Below are positions 55,435 to 64,000 of a DNA stretch of 64,000 bases, one piece after another. Position 1 is the first letter of the stretch, and each line of letters starts with the position of its first letter. The notes beneath the pieces are model-generated. The model was given only the letters and a program-made list of their open reading frames with translations, did no database searches and was not told where the DNA came from. This stretch comes from Candidatus Fonsibacter lacus. Its GTDB lineage: Bacteria; Pseudomonadota; Gammaproteobacteria; Burkholderiales; Burkholderiaceae_C. The position numbers and the translations under genes are program-made. The stretch spans positions 7 to 64,006 of the forward strand of contig RFXW01000001.1 in the NCBI GenBank assembly GCA_009921245.1, given 5' to 3'.

Positions 55435-55922
55435 GCCGGCGGCAGCACGCTGGCGCGCGCCTGCTCGGTTTGTGTTGCTCTAAAGGCGGCCAAGCGCTGC
55501 GCCAAGTCGGGCTGCTCGTGCGCCAACATGGCCACGGCAAACAGCGCGGCGTTGGCTGCACCGGCCGCGCCAATGGCAAAAGTGGCCACCGGTATCCCGC
55601 GCGGCATCTGCACGATGCTGTGCAAACTGTCTACGCCTTGCAAATGGCGCGACGGCACCGGCACGCCCAACACCGGAACCGGCGTTTTGGCCGCCAACAT
55701 GCCAGGCAAATGGGCCGCGCCACCGGCACCCGCGATAATGGCGCGCAACCCACGTGCTTGAGCGGCCTGGGCAAAGGCAAACATGTCGTCGGGCATGCGG
55801 TGCGCCGACACCACCCGTGTTTCGTGTAACACCTGCATGTCACGAAGCACCTGGGCGGCGTGCTGCATCACTTCCCAGTCGCTGCTGGACCCCATGACCA
55901 CTGCCACTGCCACATCGCTCAT
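55431..55922 (-). CDS. purE: N5-CAIR mutase
   Basis: [27 protein letters not shown]. Confidence 0.97.
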   Translation of the reverse strand: MSDVAVAVVMGSSSDWEVMQHAAQVLRDMQVLHETRVVSAHRMPDDMFAFAQAAQARGLRAIIAGAGGAAHLPGMLAAKTPVPVLGVPVPSRHLQGVDSLHSIVQMPRGIPVATFAIGAAGAANAALFAVAMLAHEQPDLAQRLAAFRATQTEQARASVLPPA

Positions 55923-55969
55923 GCACAATCCCCCAAAGGCTTTATTTTACGAGGCTTGCTGCCAACATC

Positions 55970-56863
55970 ATGATTGACGTCACCATACAAAACTTTGAAG
56001 CCGAGGTTATTCAAGCCTCCACCGAAACGCCCGTGCTGGTTGATTTTTGGGCGGCTTGGTGCGGGCCGTGTCGGACGCTGGGCCCGATTTTGGAAAAACT
56101 CGAAACCGAGTACGCCGGACGCTTTAAGTTGGTGAAGGTCGACGCCGACACCGAACAACAGCTGGCAGGGGCCTTTGGTATTCAAAGTCTGCCCACCTGC
56201 GTGCTGCTTAAAAACGGGCAACCGGTGGACGGCTTCATGGGTGCGTTACCACCCCAACAAGTGCGTGAATTTTTAGATAAACACCTTCCCGAGGCCGACG
56301 CCACCGAGCCGCCGCTGGTTACCGAGGCTGCGTCGACCGAAGCCCCAACAACACCCGCAGCGCCCGCCGGTGAGCAACTGGCACAAGCGGTGCAAGCCAA
56401 CCCCGACGATGACGCCGCTCGTTTCGCCTACTTGCAACATTTGCTGTTGCAACAACAAACCGACTTGGCGCAAGAGGTGTTGGCCCCGGTGCAGGCCAAG
56501 GCCATGGCCGATCGTAAGCTGGACGCCGCGACGCGCTGGCTGCAAGCAGTCACGCAGGGCAAGCAGGCCAACCCCGATGCACTGCAAACCGCCATTGCAG
56601 CCAACAAGCGCGACTTTGACGCACGCTTCGCGCTGGCGGCTTGGCACCTGGCCCAGCATCAAAGCACCGCCGCCATGGACGAGTTGCTTGAAATCTTGAT
56701 GCGCGACAAAGCCTGGCAAGAAGACGCCGCCCGCAAGCTCTATGTGGCGATTTTGGAAGTCATGGACCCCCCCAAACCCAAGGTGGCCGATGGGCAAGTC
56801 CCGCCCGAAGACCCGGTGGTGGCAAGCTACCGTCGCCGTTTATCGAGTGTGGTGCTAAGCTAA
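55970..56863 (+). CDS. cnoX: Thioredoxin-TPR chaperedoxin (CnoX/YbbN family)
   Basis: [10 protein letters not shown] thioredoxin domain, TPR-like region, C-terminal YRRRLSS. Confidence 0.85.
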   Translation: MIDVTIQNFEAEVIQASTETPVLVDFWAAWCGPCRTLGPILEKLETEYAGRFKLVKVDADTEQQLAGAFGIQSLPTCVLLKNGQPVDGFMGALPPQQVREFLDKHLPEADATEPPLVTEAASTEAPTTPAAPAGEQLAQAVQANPDDDAARFAYLQHLLLQQQTDLAQEVLAPVQAKAMADRKLDAATRWLQAVTQGKQANPDALQTAIAANKRDFDARFALAAWHLAQHQSTAAMDELLEILMRDKAWQEDAARKLYVAILEVMDPPKPKVADGQVPPEDPVVASYRRRLSSVVLS

Positions 56864-57756
56864 CCCAGGCGCTGCCAAGCCTCAACGTAACGCGCCGCGG
56901 TTTGCTCAACCACGTGCGCTGGCAGCGTTGGCGCAGGCGCGGTGCGATCCCACAGCTGGCCATTGATCGTGGCCTGCCCCAGCCAGTCGCGCAGATACTG
57001 CTTGTCAAAGCTCGGCGGGTTGACGCCCTCGCGATGGTGCTCCAGCGGCCAGTAGCGCGATGAGTCGGGCGTTAAGATTTCGTCCATCAACACCAAGCGC
57101 CCGGCACCATCCAGACCAAATTCGAACTTGGTGTCGGCAATGATGATGCCGCGCGTCAGCGCATAAGCGGCGGCTTCTTGATAAAGCGCCAAGGCCGTGT
57201 CACGCACCTGTTGGGCCAAGGCCGTGCCCACCAGGTCTTCGGTCTGTGCAAAGCTTATGTTTTCATCGTGTGCGCCGGCAGGTGCTTTGGTTGCTGGGGT
57301 GTAAATCGGCGTGGGCAGGCGGCTGGCCTGATGCAACCCAGCGGGCAGCACCACACCGCACACCGCACCGCTGCTTTGGTAGTCTTGCCAGCCACTGCCC
57401 GCAAGATAGCCACGCACCACGGCCTCAATCGGCAGCGGCTCCAAGCGTTGCACCAACATGCTGCGGCCGTGCACTTGTGGCACTTCATCGGCGGCCACGC
57501 AGGCGTCTGGGTCTTGGCCCGTGAGGTGGTTGGGACAGACGTGCGCCAGCTTGTCAAACCAAAACTGGGCCATACGCGTCAGCAGCTCACCTTTGCCCGG
57601 AATGGTCTGCGCCATCACCACGTCGTAGGCGCTGATGCGATCGGTGGCCACCATGAGCAGGCGCTGCTCACCCACCGCGTAGTTGTCTCGTACCTTGCCG
57701 CGCCCCACCAGCGGCAGCGAGCGCAGCTCGCTGGTGTGCAACGCGACTTGGCTCAA
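56860..57756 (-). CDS. purC: SAICAR synthase
   Basis: [36 protein letters not shown]; TTG start overlaps the fba stop (TTGA). Confidence 0.95.
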   Translation of the reverse strand: MSQVALHTSELRSLPLVGRGKVRDNYAVGEQRLLMVATDRISAYDVVMAQTIPGKGELLTRMAQFWFDKLAHVCPNHLTGQDPDACVAADEVPQVHGRSMLVQRLEPLPIEAVVRGYLAGSGWQDYQSSGAVCGVVLPAGLHQASRLPTPIYTPATKAPAGAHDENISFAQTEDLVGTALAQQVRDTALALYQEAAAYALTRGIIIADTKFEFGLDGAGRLVLMDEILTPDSSRYWPLEHHREGVNPPSFDKQYLRDWLGQATINGQLWDRTAPAPTLPAHVVEQTAARYVEAWQRLG

Positions 57757-58823
57757 GCGGGCTGCACCACCTGGGCCAATTCGCCCTGGGCATAGCGCTG
57801 CGCCATGAGCGACAGCGCATGGCCCTTGATGCCGGCGGCCTGCCCCTCGCAACCAAACTCTAGGTAGCGTTGCTTGCAAATGGCTTTGGCCGCTTCTCGC
57901 GCCGGTTTTAAAAATTCGCGCGGATCGAACTTGCTTGGGTTTTTTGCCAAAAACTCACGCGTGGCCGCGGTCATGGCCAAGCGGATGTCGGTGTCGATGT
58001 TGATCTTGCGCACACCAAACTGAATGGCGTGTTGAATTTCTTCCACGGGCACGCCGTAGGTTTCTTTCATGTCGCCACCAAACTCACGGATCTTGGCCAG
58101 TAGGTCTTGCGGGACGCTGGACGATCCGTGCATCACCAAGTGGGTGTTGGGGATTCGAGCGTGAATCGCTTTGATGCGATCAATCGCCAAAATGTCGCCG
58201 GTGGGCTTGCGCGTGAATTTGTATGCGCCGTGGCTGGTTCCAATGGCAATGGCCAAGGCGTCGAGCTGGGTTTGCTGCACAAAGTCAGCCGCTTGCTCAG
58301 GGTCGGTCAGCAGCTGGTCGCGGGTCATGGTGGCATCGGTGCCGTGGCCGTCTTCTTTGTCACCTTTCATGGTCTCTAAGCTGCCCAAACAACCCAGCTC
58401 ACCCTCCACCGTCACGCCTTGCTGATGCGCCATGGCCACCACCTGGCGCGTAACGTCCACGTTGTACTCGTAGCTGGCAATGGTTTTGCCGTCGGCTTGC
58501 AAGCTGCCGTCCATCATCACCGAGCTAAAGCCCAGCGCCATCGCACCTTGGCATACATCGGGGCTTTGGCCATGGTCTTGGTGCATCACCACCGGCACCT
58601 TGGGAAAGCTCTCCACCGCGGCCTGAATAAGGTGTTTCAAAAAACCCTCACCCGCGTATTTGCGCGCCCCCGCACTGGCCTGCATGATCACCGGCGCGTT
58701 TACTTCAGCCGCCGCTTCCATGATGGCTTGCACCTGCTCCAGGTTGTTTACGTTAAAGGCCGGAATGCCGTAACCGCGCTCGGCGGCGTGGTCCAAAAGT
58801 TCGCGCATGCTTACCAGTGCCAT
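57753..58823 (-). CDS. fba: Fructose-bisphosphate aldolase class II
   Basis: [36 protein letters not shown]. Confidence 0.96.
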   Translation of the reverse strand: MALVSMRELLDHAAERGYGIPAFNVNNLEQVQAIMEAAAEVNAPVIMQASAGARKYAGEGFLKHLIQAAVESFPKVPVVMHQDHGQSPDVCQGAMALGFSSVMMDGSLQADGKTIASYEYNVDVTRQVVAMAHQQGVTVEGELGCLGSLETMKGDKEDGHGTDATMTRDQLLTDPEQAADFVQQTQLDALAIAIGTSHGAYKFTRKPTGDILAIDRIKAIHARIPNTHLVMHGSSSVPQDLLAKIREFGGDMKETYGVPVEEIQHAIQFGVRKINIDTDIRLAMTAATREFLAKNPSKFDPREFLKPAREAAKAICKQRYLEFGCEGQAAGIKGHALSLMAQRYAQGELAQVVQPA

Positions 58824-58892
58824 GATGAAATGCCTCCTTGATGTATTGTGTTGAAGAAAATTTTAATCGGGTCTGATGGTGCCTGACCGCGC

Positions 58893-60332
58893 TTAGCCCA
58901 CGCGGCACATTTTGAGCATGTTGGTGCCACCGGGCGCGCCCATAGGCTCGCCGCAGGTGATGGCATAAATGTCACCCGACTGCACAATGCCGCGCTTGAG
59001 CAAGTGCGCCTCGGCATCAGCCAGCGCTTGGTCACGATCGACGGCGGTATCCATGAGCAACGGCCGCACGTTGCGGTACATGGCCATGCGCCGCTGCGCC
59101 GCCAGCCGTGGCGTCAGCGCGTAGATGGGAATGGGCATGTTAAAACGGCTCATCCACAGCGCGGTTGAGCCCGAATCGGTCAGCGCCACCATGGCTTTGG
59201 CGCCGCATCGCTGCGCCGTGAACAGCGCGCCCATGGCAATTGCCTGATCAATGCGCCGAATGGTTTTGCGCGAATCATCCAAATGTACCTCGGCGTCGTG
59301 CGCCTCTTCGGCAGCCTGACAAATCGAAACCATTTCGCTCACCGTCTCCAGCGGGTAGTCGCCAACCGCGGTCTCGGCGCTGAGCATCACCGCGTCGGTG
59401 CCGTCAAGCACGGCGTTGGCCACGTCGCTCACCTCAGCGCGGGTGGGCACCGGTGCGTGGATCATGGATTCCATCATTTGCGTGGCGGTGATCACCACCT
59501 TGTCCACCTGATGCGCCAAGCGGATCATGCGCTTTTGCAACGCCGGCACGGCAGCATGCCCCACCTCAACCGCCAAGTCTCCGCGCGCCACCATGATGCC
59601 GTCGCTCGCCCTTAAGATCGCTTCGAGTTCAGGGATGGCCTCGGCGCGTTCGATCTTGGCGATCAGCCCAGGCTTGTGGCCATGCTCGGCGCCCGCCACA
59701 TGGCACAACTGCCGCGCCAACTCCATGTCGGTGGCATTTTTGGGAAAACTAACCGCCACATAGTCGGCTTGCAAGGCCATGGCGGTTTTAATGTCTTCCA
59801 TGTCTTTGGCGGTTAACGCCGGCGCCGACAAGCCGCCCCCCAGTTTGTTGATGCCTTTGTGGTTGCTGAGTTCACCACCCACCTTGACCTGGGTGTGGAT
59901 GCACGCGCCGCGTACGGCCTTGACCGTGAGCACAATCAAGCCGTCGTTAAGCAGTAAGGTGTCGCCCGCTTTGACGTCACGCGGCAGCTCTTTGTAGTCC
60001 AGCCCCACAGCGTCGTGGTTGCCGGGCTCGGCGCGTTGCGCATCCAACACAAAGGCTGCGCCGGGCCTGAGCATCACCTTACCTTGCTCGAATCGACCCA
60101 CCCGAATTTTTGGACCTTGCAAGTCGGCCATGATGGCCACCTCGCGCCCCGCGCGCACCGAGGCCTGCCGCACCAATTGGGCGCGCTCGGTGTGGTCTTG
60201 CGCGCTGCCGTGCGAAAAGTTAAGCCGCACCACGTTCACGCCGGCCTCGATCATGCGTTGCAACAGCGCCGGGTCACTCGACGCGGGGCCTAAGGTGGCA
60301 ACGATTTTGGTCCCGCGTTTTTTAACTGTCAT
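58893..60332 (-). CDS. pyk: Pyruvate kinase
   Basis: TKIVATLGP, RLNFSHG, DLQGPKIR, AKIE, MVARGDL, ATQMMESM; SD AAGGAG. Confidence 0.97.
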   Translation of the reverse strand: MTVKKRGTKIVATLGPASSDPALLQRMIEAGVNVVRLNFSHGSAQDHTERAQLVRQASVRAGREVAIMADLQGPKIRVGRFEQGKVMLRPGAAFVLDAQRAEPGNHDAVGLDYKELPRDVKAGDTLLLNDGLIVLTVKAVRGACIHTQVKVGGELSNHKGINKLGGGLSAPALTAKDMEDIKTAMALQADYVAVSFPKNATDMELARQLCHVAGAEHGHKPGLIAKIERAEAIPELEAILRASDGIMVARGDLAVEVGHAAVPALQKRMIRLAHQVDKVVITATQMMESMIHAPVPTRAEVSDVANAVLDGTDAVMLSAETAVGDYPLETVSEMVSICQAAEEAHDAEVHLDDSRKTIRRIDQAIAMGALFTAQRCGAKAMVALTDSGSTALWMSRFNMPIPIYALTPRLAAQRRMAMYRNVRPLLMDTAVDRDQALADAEAHLLKRGIVQSGDIYAITCGEPMGAPGGTNMLKMCRVG

Positions 60333-60359
60333 GGGCACTCCTTGAGGCACAACATCGAT

Positions 60360-61553
60360 TCACGCCGCGCGCTGCGACAGGGCTTCAACGGCCGGTAGGG
60401 TCTTGCCCTCCAACACCTCCAAAAACGCCCCGCCGCCGGTGGAGATGTAGCCCACGCGATCGGTGATGCCGTATTTGGCAATGGCGGCTAAGGTGTCGCC
60501 ACCGCCGGCAATACTAAAGGCGGAACTGGCCGCCACCGCTTGCGCCAAGGTCTCGGTGCCGTGCGCAAACGCGTCAAATTCAAACACACCCAGTGGTCCA
60601 TTCCACACCACGGTACCAGCTTGCTGCACGATGGCGGCCAAGGTGTTGGCGGTGTCGGGGCCAACGTCGAGTATCAAATCGTTGGCGCCAACCTGCGCCG
60701 CTGGCAGCACCCGGGCTTGGGCATCGGCGGCAAAGCGATCGGCCACCACCACGTCGGTTGGAATAGGCACCTCCGCCCCCCTGGCCTGCATGGTTTGCAT
60801 CACCGCTTGCGCTTGGCCCACCAAATCGGGTTCGGCCAGGCTTTTGCCAATGGGCAAGCCGGCGGCCAGCATAAAGGTGTTGGCAATGCCACCCCCCACA
60901 ATCAGCCGGTCCACTTTTTGTGCCAGGCTTTGCAAAATGGTGAGCTTGGTGCTTACCTTGGAGCCCGCCACAATCGCCACCAACGGTCGGGCCGGGTTTT
61001 GCAAGGCACGGCCTATGGCATCGAGCTCTGCGGCGAGCAAGGGGCCGGCGCACGCCACCGGTGCATACTGGGCCACCCCCACGGTAGAGGCCTCGGCACG
61101 ATGCGCGGCCCCAAATGCATCGTGCACAAAGATATCGCACAGACCAGCGATGCGCTGCGCCAAGGCAGGGTCGTTTTTCTTTTCGCCCGGGTTAAGGCGA
61201 CAGTTTTCCAGCAGCACCACTTCACCGGCTGTGGCGGCTACGCCATCAAGCCAATCCGGTTGCAACGGTACCGGTTGACCCAAGATGTCGCTCAAGCGCG
61301 CGGCGACCGGTGCCAAGGTGTCTTGGGGCTGGGCTTGGCCTTCGGTGGGACGGCCCAGATGGGAGGTCACCAAAACCGCGCTGGCCCCAGCCTGCAAAGC
61401 CATGCAAATCGCTGGCACACTGGCGCGCACCCGCGTGTCTTCGGTAATGGCACCATGCGCATCCAGCGGCACATTCAGATCAGCCCGAATCAATACCCGC
61501 CGCCCCTGGACTTGACCTTGGTCACACAAGTCCTGAAATCGAATCCATGCCAT
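60360..61553 (-). CDS. pgk: Phosphoglycerate kinase
   Basis: [41 protein letters not shown]. Confidence 0.97.
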   Translation of the reverse strand: MAWIRFQDLCDQGQVQGRRVLIRADLNVPLDAHGAITEDTRVRASVPAICMALQAGASAVLVTSHLGRPTEGQAQPQDTLAPVAARLSDILGQPVPLQPDWLDGVAATAGEVVLLENCRLNPGEKKNDPALAQRIAGLCDIFVHDAFGAAHRAEASTVGVAQYAPVACAGPLLAAELDAIGRALQNPARPLVAIVAGSKVSTKLTILQSLAQKVDRLIVGGGIANTFMLAAGLPIGKSLAEPDLVGQAQAVMQTMQARGAEVPIPTDVVVADRFAADAQARVLPAAQVGANDLILDVGPDTANTLAAIVQQAGTVVWNGPLGVFEFDAFAHGTETLAQAVAASSAFSIAGGGDTLAAIAKYGITDRVGYISTGGGAFLEVLEGKTLPAVEALSQRAA

Positions 61554-61558
61554 GATGT

Positions 61559-63232
61559 TTATTGCGTGAGTGATGCCATGGGCACCATTGTAGGTTTGTC
61601 GGTGTAACAAGGGCCCCATGCATCCAGCGCGCCTTGGTAGGCTTGGGTGTGCACGTCAGCCAGCCCGAGCACGGTGTGAAAAAAATTGTCGTGTGACCAG
61701 GGACGCTGCGCCTGCTTGGTGGCACACGCCGTATTCAAGCCCATGCGCTGGCGCCAGGCCGGCGACGCCCATGCCAACATGGGCACATGTTTTTGCTCGC
61801 GCGGGGCCAACGCGTAGGGCAAACCATGCAAGTACAAATTGTTTTCACCCAGCGATTCACCATGGTCGGAGACATACAACAGCGCCGTGTCGTAAGCCGT
61901 TTGCTGGCTAAGCCACTGCACCGTTTGGGCCACAAAGTGGTCGGTGTAGAGCACGGTGTTGTCGTAGGCATTAACCACCTCTTGTCGCGCGCAGGCTTGT
62001 AAAGCGTTGCTGGTGCACTCGGGCAAAAAACGTTTAAAAGCAGGGTCAACCCGCTTGTAATACGCCGGGCCATGGCTGCCCATTTGGTGCAATACCAGCA
62101 CCACCCCTGTGGCGCGGGCTGCCGCAGGCAACTGCGCCATACGCTTGGCCAAGTCGTCAAGCATCACCTCGTCGCGACACTCACCATTGGCACACCAGCG
62201 CGGATTATCCAGCGCGCGGGTATGCACCGTGGGCACACGGTCACACGCACCCTTGCAGCCCGACTGGTTGTCTAACCACAACACCGCCAAGCCCGCGCGT
62301 TGCAGAACATCAAGTAGCCCTTCACTGGGTGCCCCATCAAAGCGTTCGCGGGTTTGCGGCGAAAACATGCAGGGCAACGACACCGCAGTGGACGTGCCGC
62401 ACGACATAACCTGGTTGAAATACACCGCCTCACCTTGCTGCACCAATTGCTTTAAGCGCGGCGTGGTGGCTCGAGGGTAGCCACTGAGTTGCCAATTGGC
62501 GGCGCGCGACGTCTCACCCACCACCAGCACCAGCGCCAATGGGCGCGCGCCGTTGCTGTAACTCGGGCCAAGTGTTGCGTCGGTGCCCACCCGCTGCAAC
62601 GGCAGCACCCGCTGCGGCCATGCCGCCCGCGCCACTTGCACCGATGCCACCAACACATTCAGCGGACTCATCATCCACCGCAATTGGCGATGGTTTCGGG
62701 TGACCGAGGCAAAGTCTTGGTAAACCAGCCACAGCGTCATCGTGGCCACAGCCAAGCCCAACAGCGCGCCCAACACGTTGCGCCAAACGCTACCCCATAC
62801 CCCGCGCGGTATGGCTTGACCGGCTGTGCGCCACCACCACCAACCAGGCAATCCGGCCAGAACGATCAGCCAGACCAACGCACGCCACGACAGCAGATCC
62901 CACACCTCGCGAGGGTCGGTGCCCAAGACGTTGTGCATCATGCCGCGGTCGATCACCACCCCATAGCTTCCCATGAAATAAGCGGCAATGGCTGCGGTTA
63001 GCAGCAGCGCCAACGCGGCCGGACGCCATACCCAGCGCCACGTGATGAGGCTAAGCAAGGCAAACAGTACGCCACCCAGCAGCGCCGCATGCCCCAGAGC
63101 CAGCCCCACTCCAGACCAATGGCTCACTTCGGGCAACGCCCACAACGCCCGCCACAGCGGCCAATTGGCCGGCCCAGCCAGCCATACCGCAAGCAACAGA
63201 TTAGGCAGCCATCGACTTTGGATTTGAACCAG
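61559..63232 (-). CDS. eptA: Lipid A phosphoethanolamine transferase (EptA/MCR superfamily); start codon uncertain
   Basis: N-terminal TM block, [22 protein letters not shown] (catalytic Thr), [22 protein letters not shown]. Confidence 0.9.
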   Translation of the reverse strand: MVQIQSRWLPNLLLAVWLAGPANWPLWRALWALPEVSHWSGVGLALGHAALLGGVLFALLSLITWRWVWRPAALALLLTAAIAAYFMGSYGVVIDRGMMHNVLGTDPREVWDLLSWRALVWLIVLAGLPGWWWWRTAGQAIPRGVWGSVWRNVLGALLGLAVATMTLWLVYQDFASVTRNHRQLRWMMSPLNVLVASVQVARAAWPQRVLPLQRVGTDATLGPSYSNGARPLALVLVVGETSRAANWQLSGYPRATTPRLKQLVQQGEAVYFNQVMSCGTSTAVSLPCMFSPQTRERFDGAPSEGLLDVLQRAGLAVLWLDNQSGCKGACDRVPTVHTRALDNPRWCANGECRDEVMLDDLAKRMAQLPAAARATGVVLVLHQMGSHGPAYYKRVDPAFKRFLPECTSNALQACARQEVVNAYDNTVLYTDHFVAQTVQWLSQQTAYDTALLYVSDHGESLGENNLYLHGLPYALAPREQKHVPMLAWASPAWRQRMGLNTACATKQAQRPWSHDNFFHTVLGLADVHTQAYQGALDAWGPCYTDKPTMVPMASLTQ

Positions 63233-63263
63233 CCAAGACCCTCGTAAAAAGAAGTAATATTTT

Positions 63264-64000
63264 ATGTTTATTTTATATTCATTTATTTTGCAGTTTAAGT
63301 CGTTTAATACTCTATTTGATTGGCGCTGGGGCGCATGGCTTGGATGGCTGGCACCGATGCTGGCCTGGGATGCCTTGGGGCTTGATTGGTGGGTGATGCA
63401 GGCTTTGGGCACCAGCGAGGGCTTTGCTTTGCGAAACAACTTTTGGCTTGAAGAGGTGCTGCACCAGGGCGTTCAGCGAGCGTTATCGATTGGGTTTTTG
63501 TTGTGTTGGGTATGGGCAGTGTGGCCAACGAAGGCAACCGCATGGCCAAGCCGAAGCACCAAAACGGCGTGGTTGGGCGCGGTGAGCCTGAACTTGTTGC
63601 TGATTGGGCTTATCAAAGCCCACAGCCTCACCAGTTGCCCGTGGTCCATGACGGCTTTTGGTGGCTCGGGCTGGTACGTTTCGCACTGGGCTTGGGGTCA
63701 ACCAGACGGTGCAAACGGTGGCTGCTTTCCTGGTGGCCACGTCTCGTCGGTGCTGGGGTTTGTGGCGCTGCTGCCGTTTTGGCTAGGCACCGAGGCGGCA
63801 CCTTGGCGCCGTCGAGCAAAGACCTTGGCTTGGGCCATTGCTTTGGCGGCCGTGGCACTGGGTACGGTGCAAACGCTGCGTGGCGCGCACTACCCCAGTC
63901 ACACGTGGTGGACAGCCTGGCTTTGTGTGGGGGCCGGTCGGCTTTGGTATGGGTTGGCGCGGATTGGCGGTTACGCGCTACCACCCCAACCCAAGGTGTA
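63264..64000 (+). CDS. PAP2-family membrane phosphatase, runs off window (absent from the ORF track)
   Basis: Frame from ATG 63264 (alternative 63357): ...WDALGLD...KAHSLTSCPW...CFPGGH...QTLRGAHYPSH, the three PAP2 motifs. Confidence 0.85.
   Translation, partial: MFILYSFILQFKSFNTLFDWRWGAWLGWLAPMLAWDALGLDWWVMQALGTSEGFALRNNFWLEEVLHQGVQRALSIGFLLCWVWAVWPTKATAWPSRSTKTAWLGAVSLNLLLIGLIKAHSLTSCPWSMTAFGGSGWYVSHWAWGQPDGANGGCFPGGHVSSVLGFVALLPFWLGTEAAPWRRRAKTLAWAIALAAVALGTVQTLRGAHYPSHTWWTAWLCVGAGRLWYGLARIGGYALPPQPKV

Overview
A GC-rich, very gene-dense chromosomal segment, most likely from a Burkholderiales (Comamonadaceae-like) betaproteobacterium, judged from gene order and protein types. It is almost all housekeeping: tRNA-Tyr/Gly/Thr-tuf, ung, rpe-trpEGDC, apaG-thiL-pgpA-pncC, lptA-lptB-rpoN-THUMP methyltransferase, argS-SPOR-dsbA, HAD-glcB, gshA-kup-gshB, bamE-dapB-leuS-lptE-holA-proA, fur, hpf-ptsN-hprK, MFS/corA, fadD, acs, pntAAB, nudJ-TSUP-mnmA, ssb/uvrA, tsaB-rimI-UDG-like-pyrF, dacB, purE-purK-sua5, cnoX, pgk-pyk-fba-purC, and a divergent eptA/PAP2 pair. 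I saw no CRISPR array, IS element, integrase or prophage. The best leads are: (1) a structured ~150-nt corA leader with a 7-codon Pro-containing uORF (MEPSPSC), a nested hairpin and a C-rich tract, which may be a Mg2+-responsive attenuator; (2) a family-4 UDG-like protein next to rimI that has lost its catalytic motifs but has a HolD(psi)-like N-terminal peptide; (3) a ~474-aa helical ORF of unknown function between trpC and ung; (4) an in-frame ~7-residue deletion in a core motif of fadD; (5) a recurring GGG-N4-CCC promoter palindrome and several apparently leaderless genes. All assignments come from reading the sequence and recognising motifs; no database searches were run.
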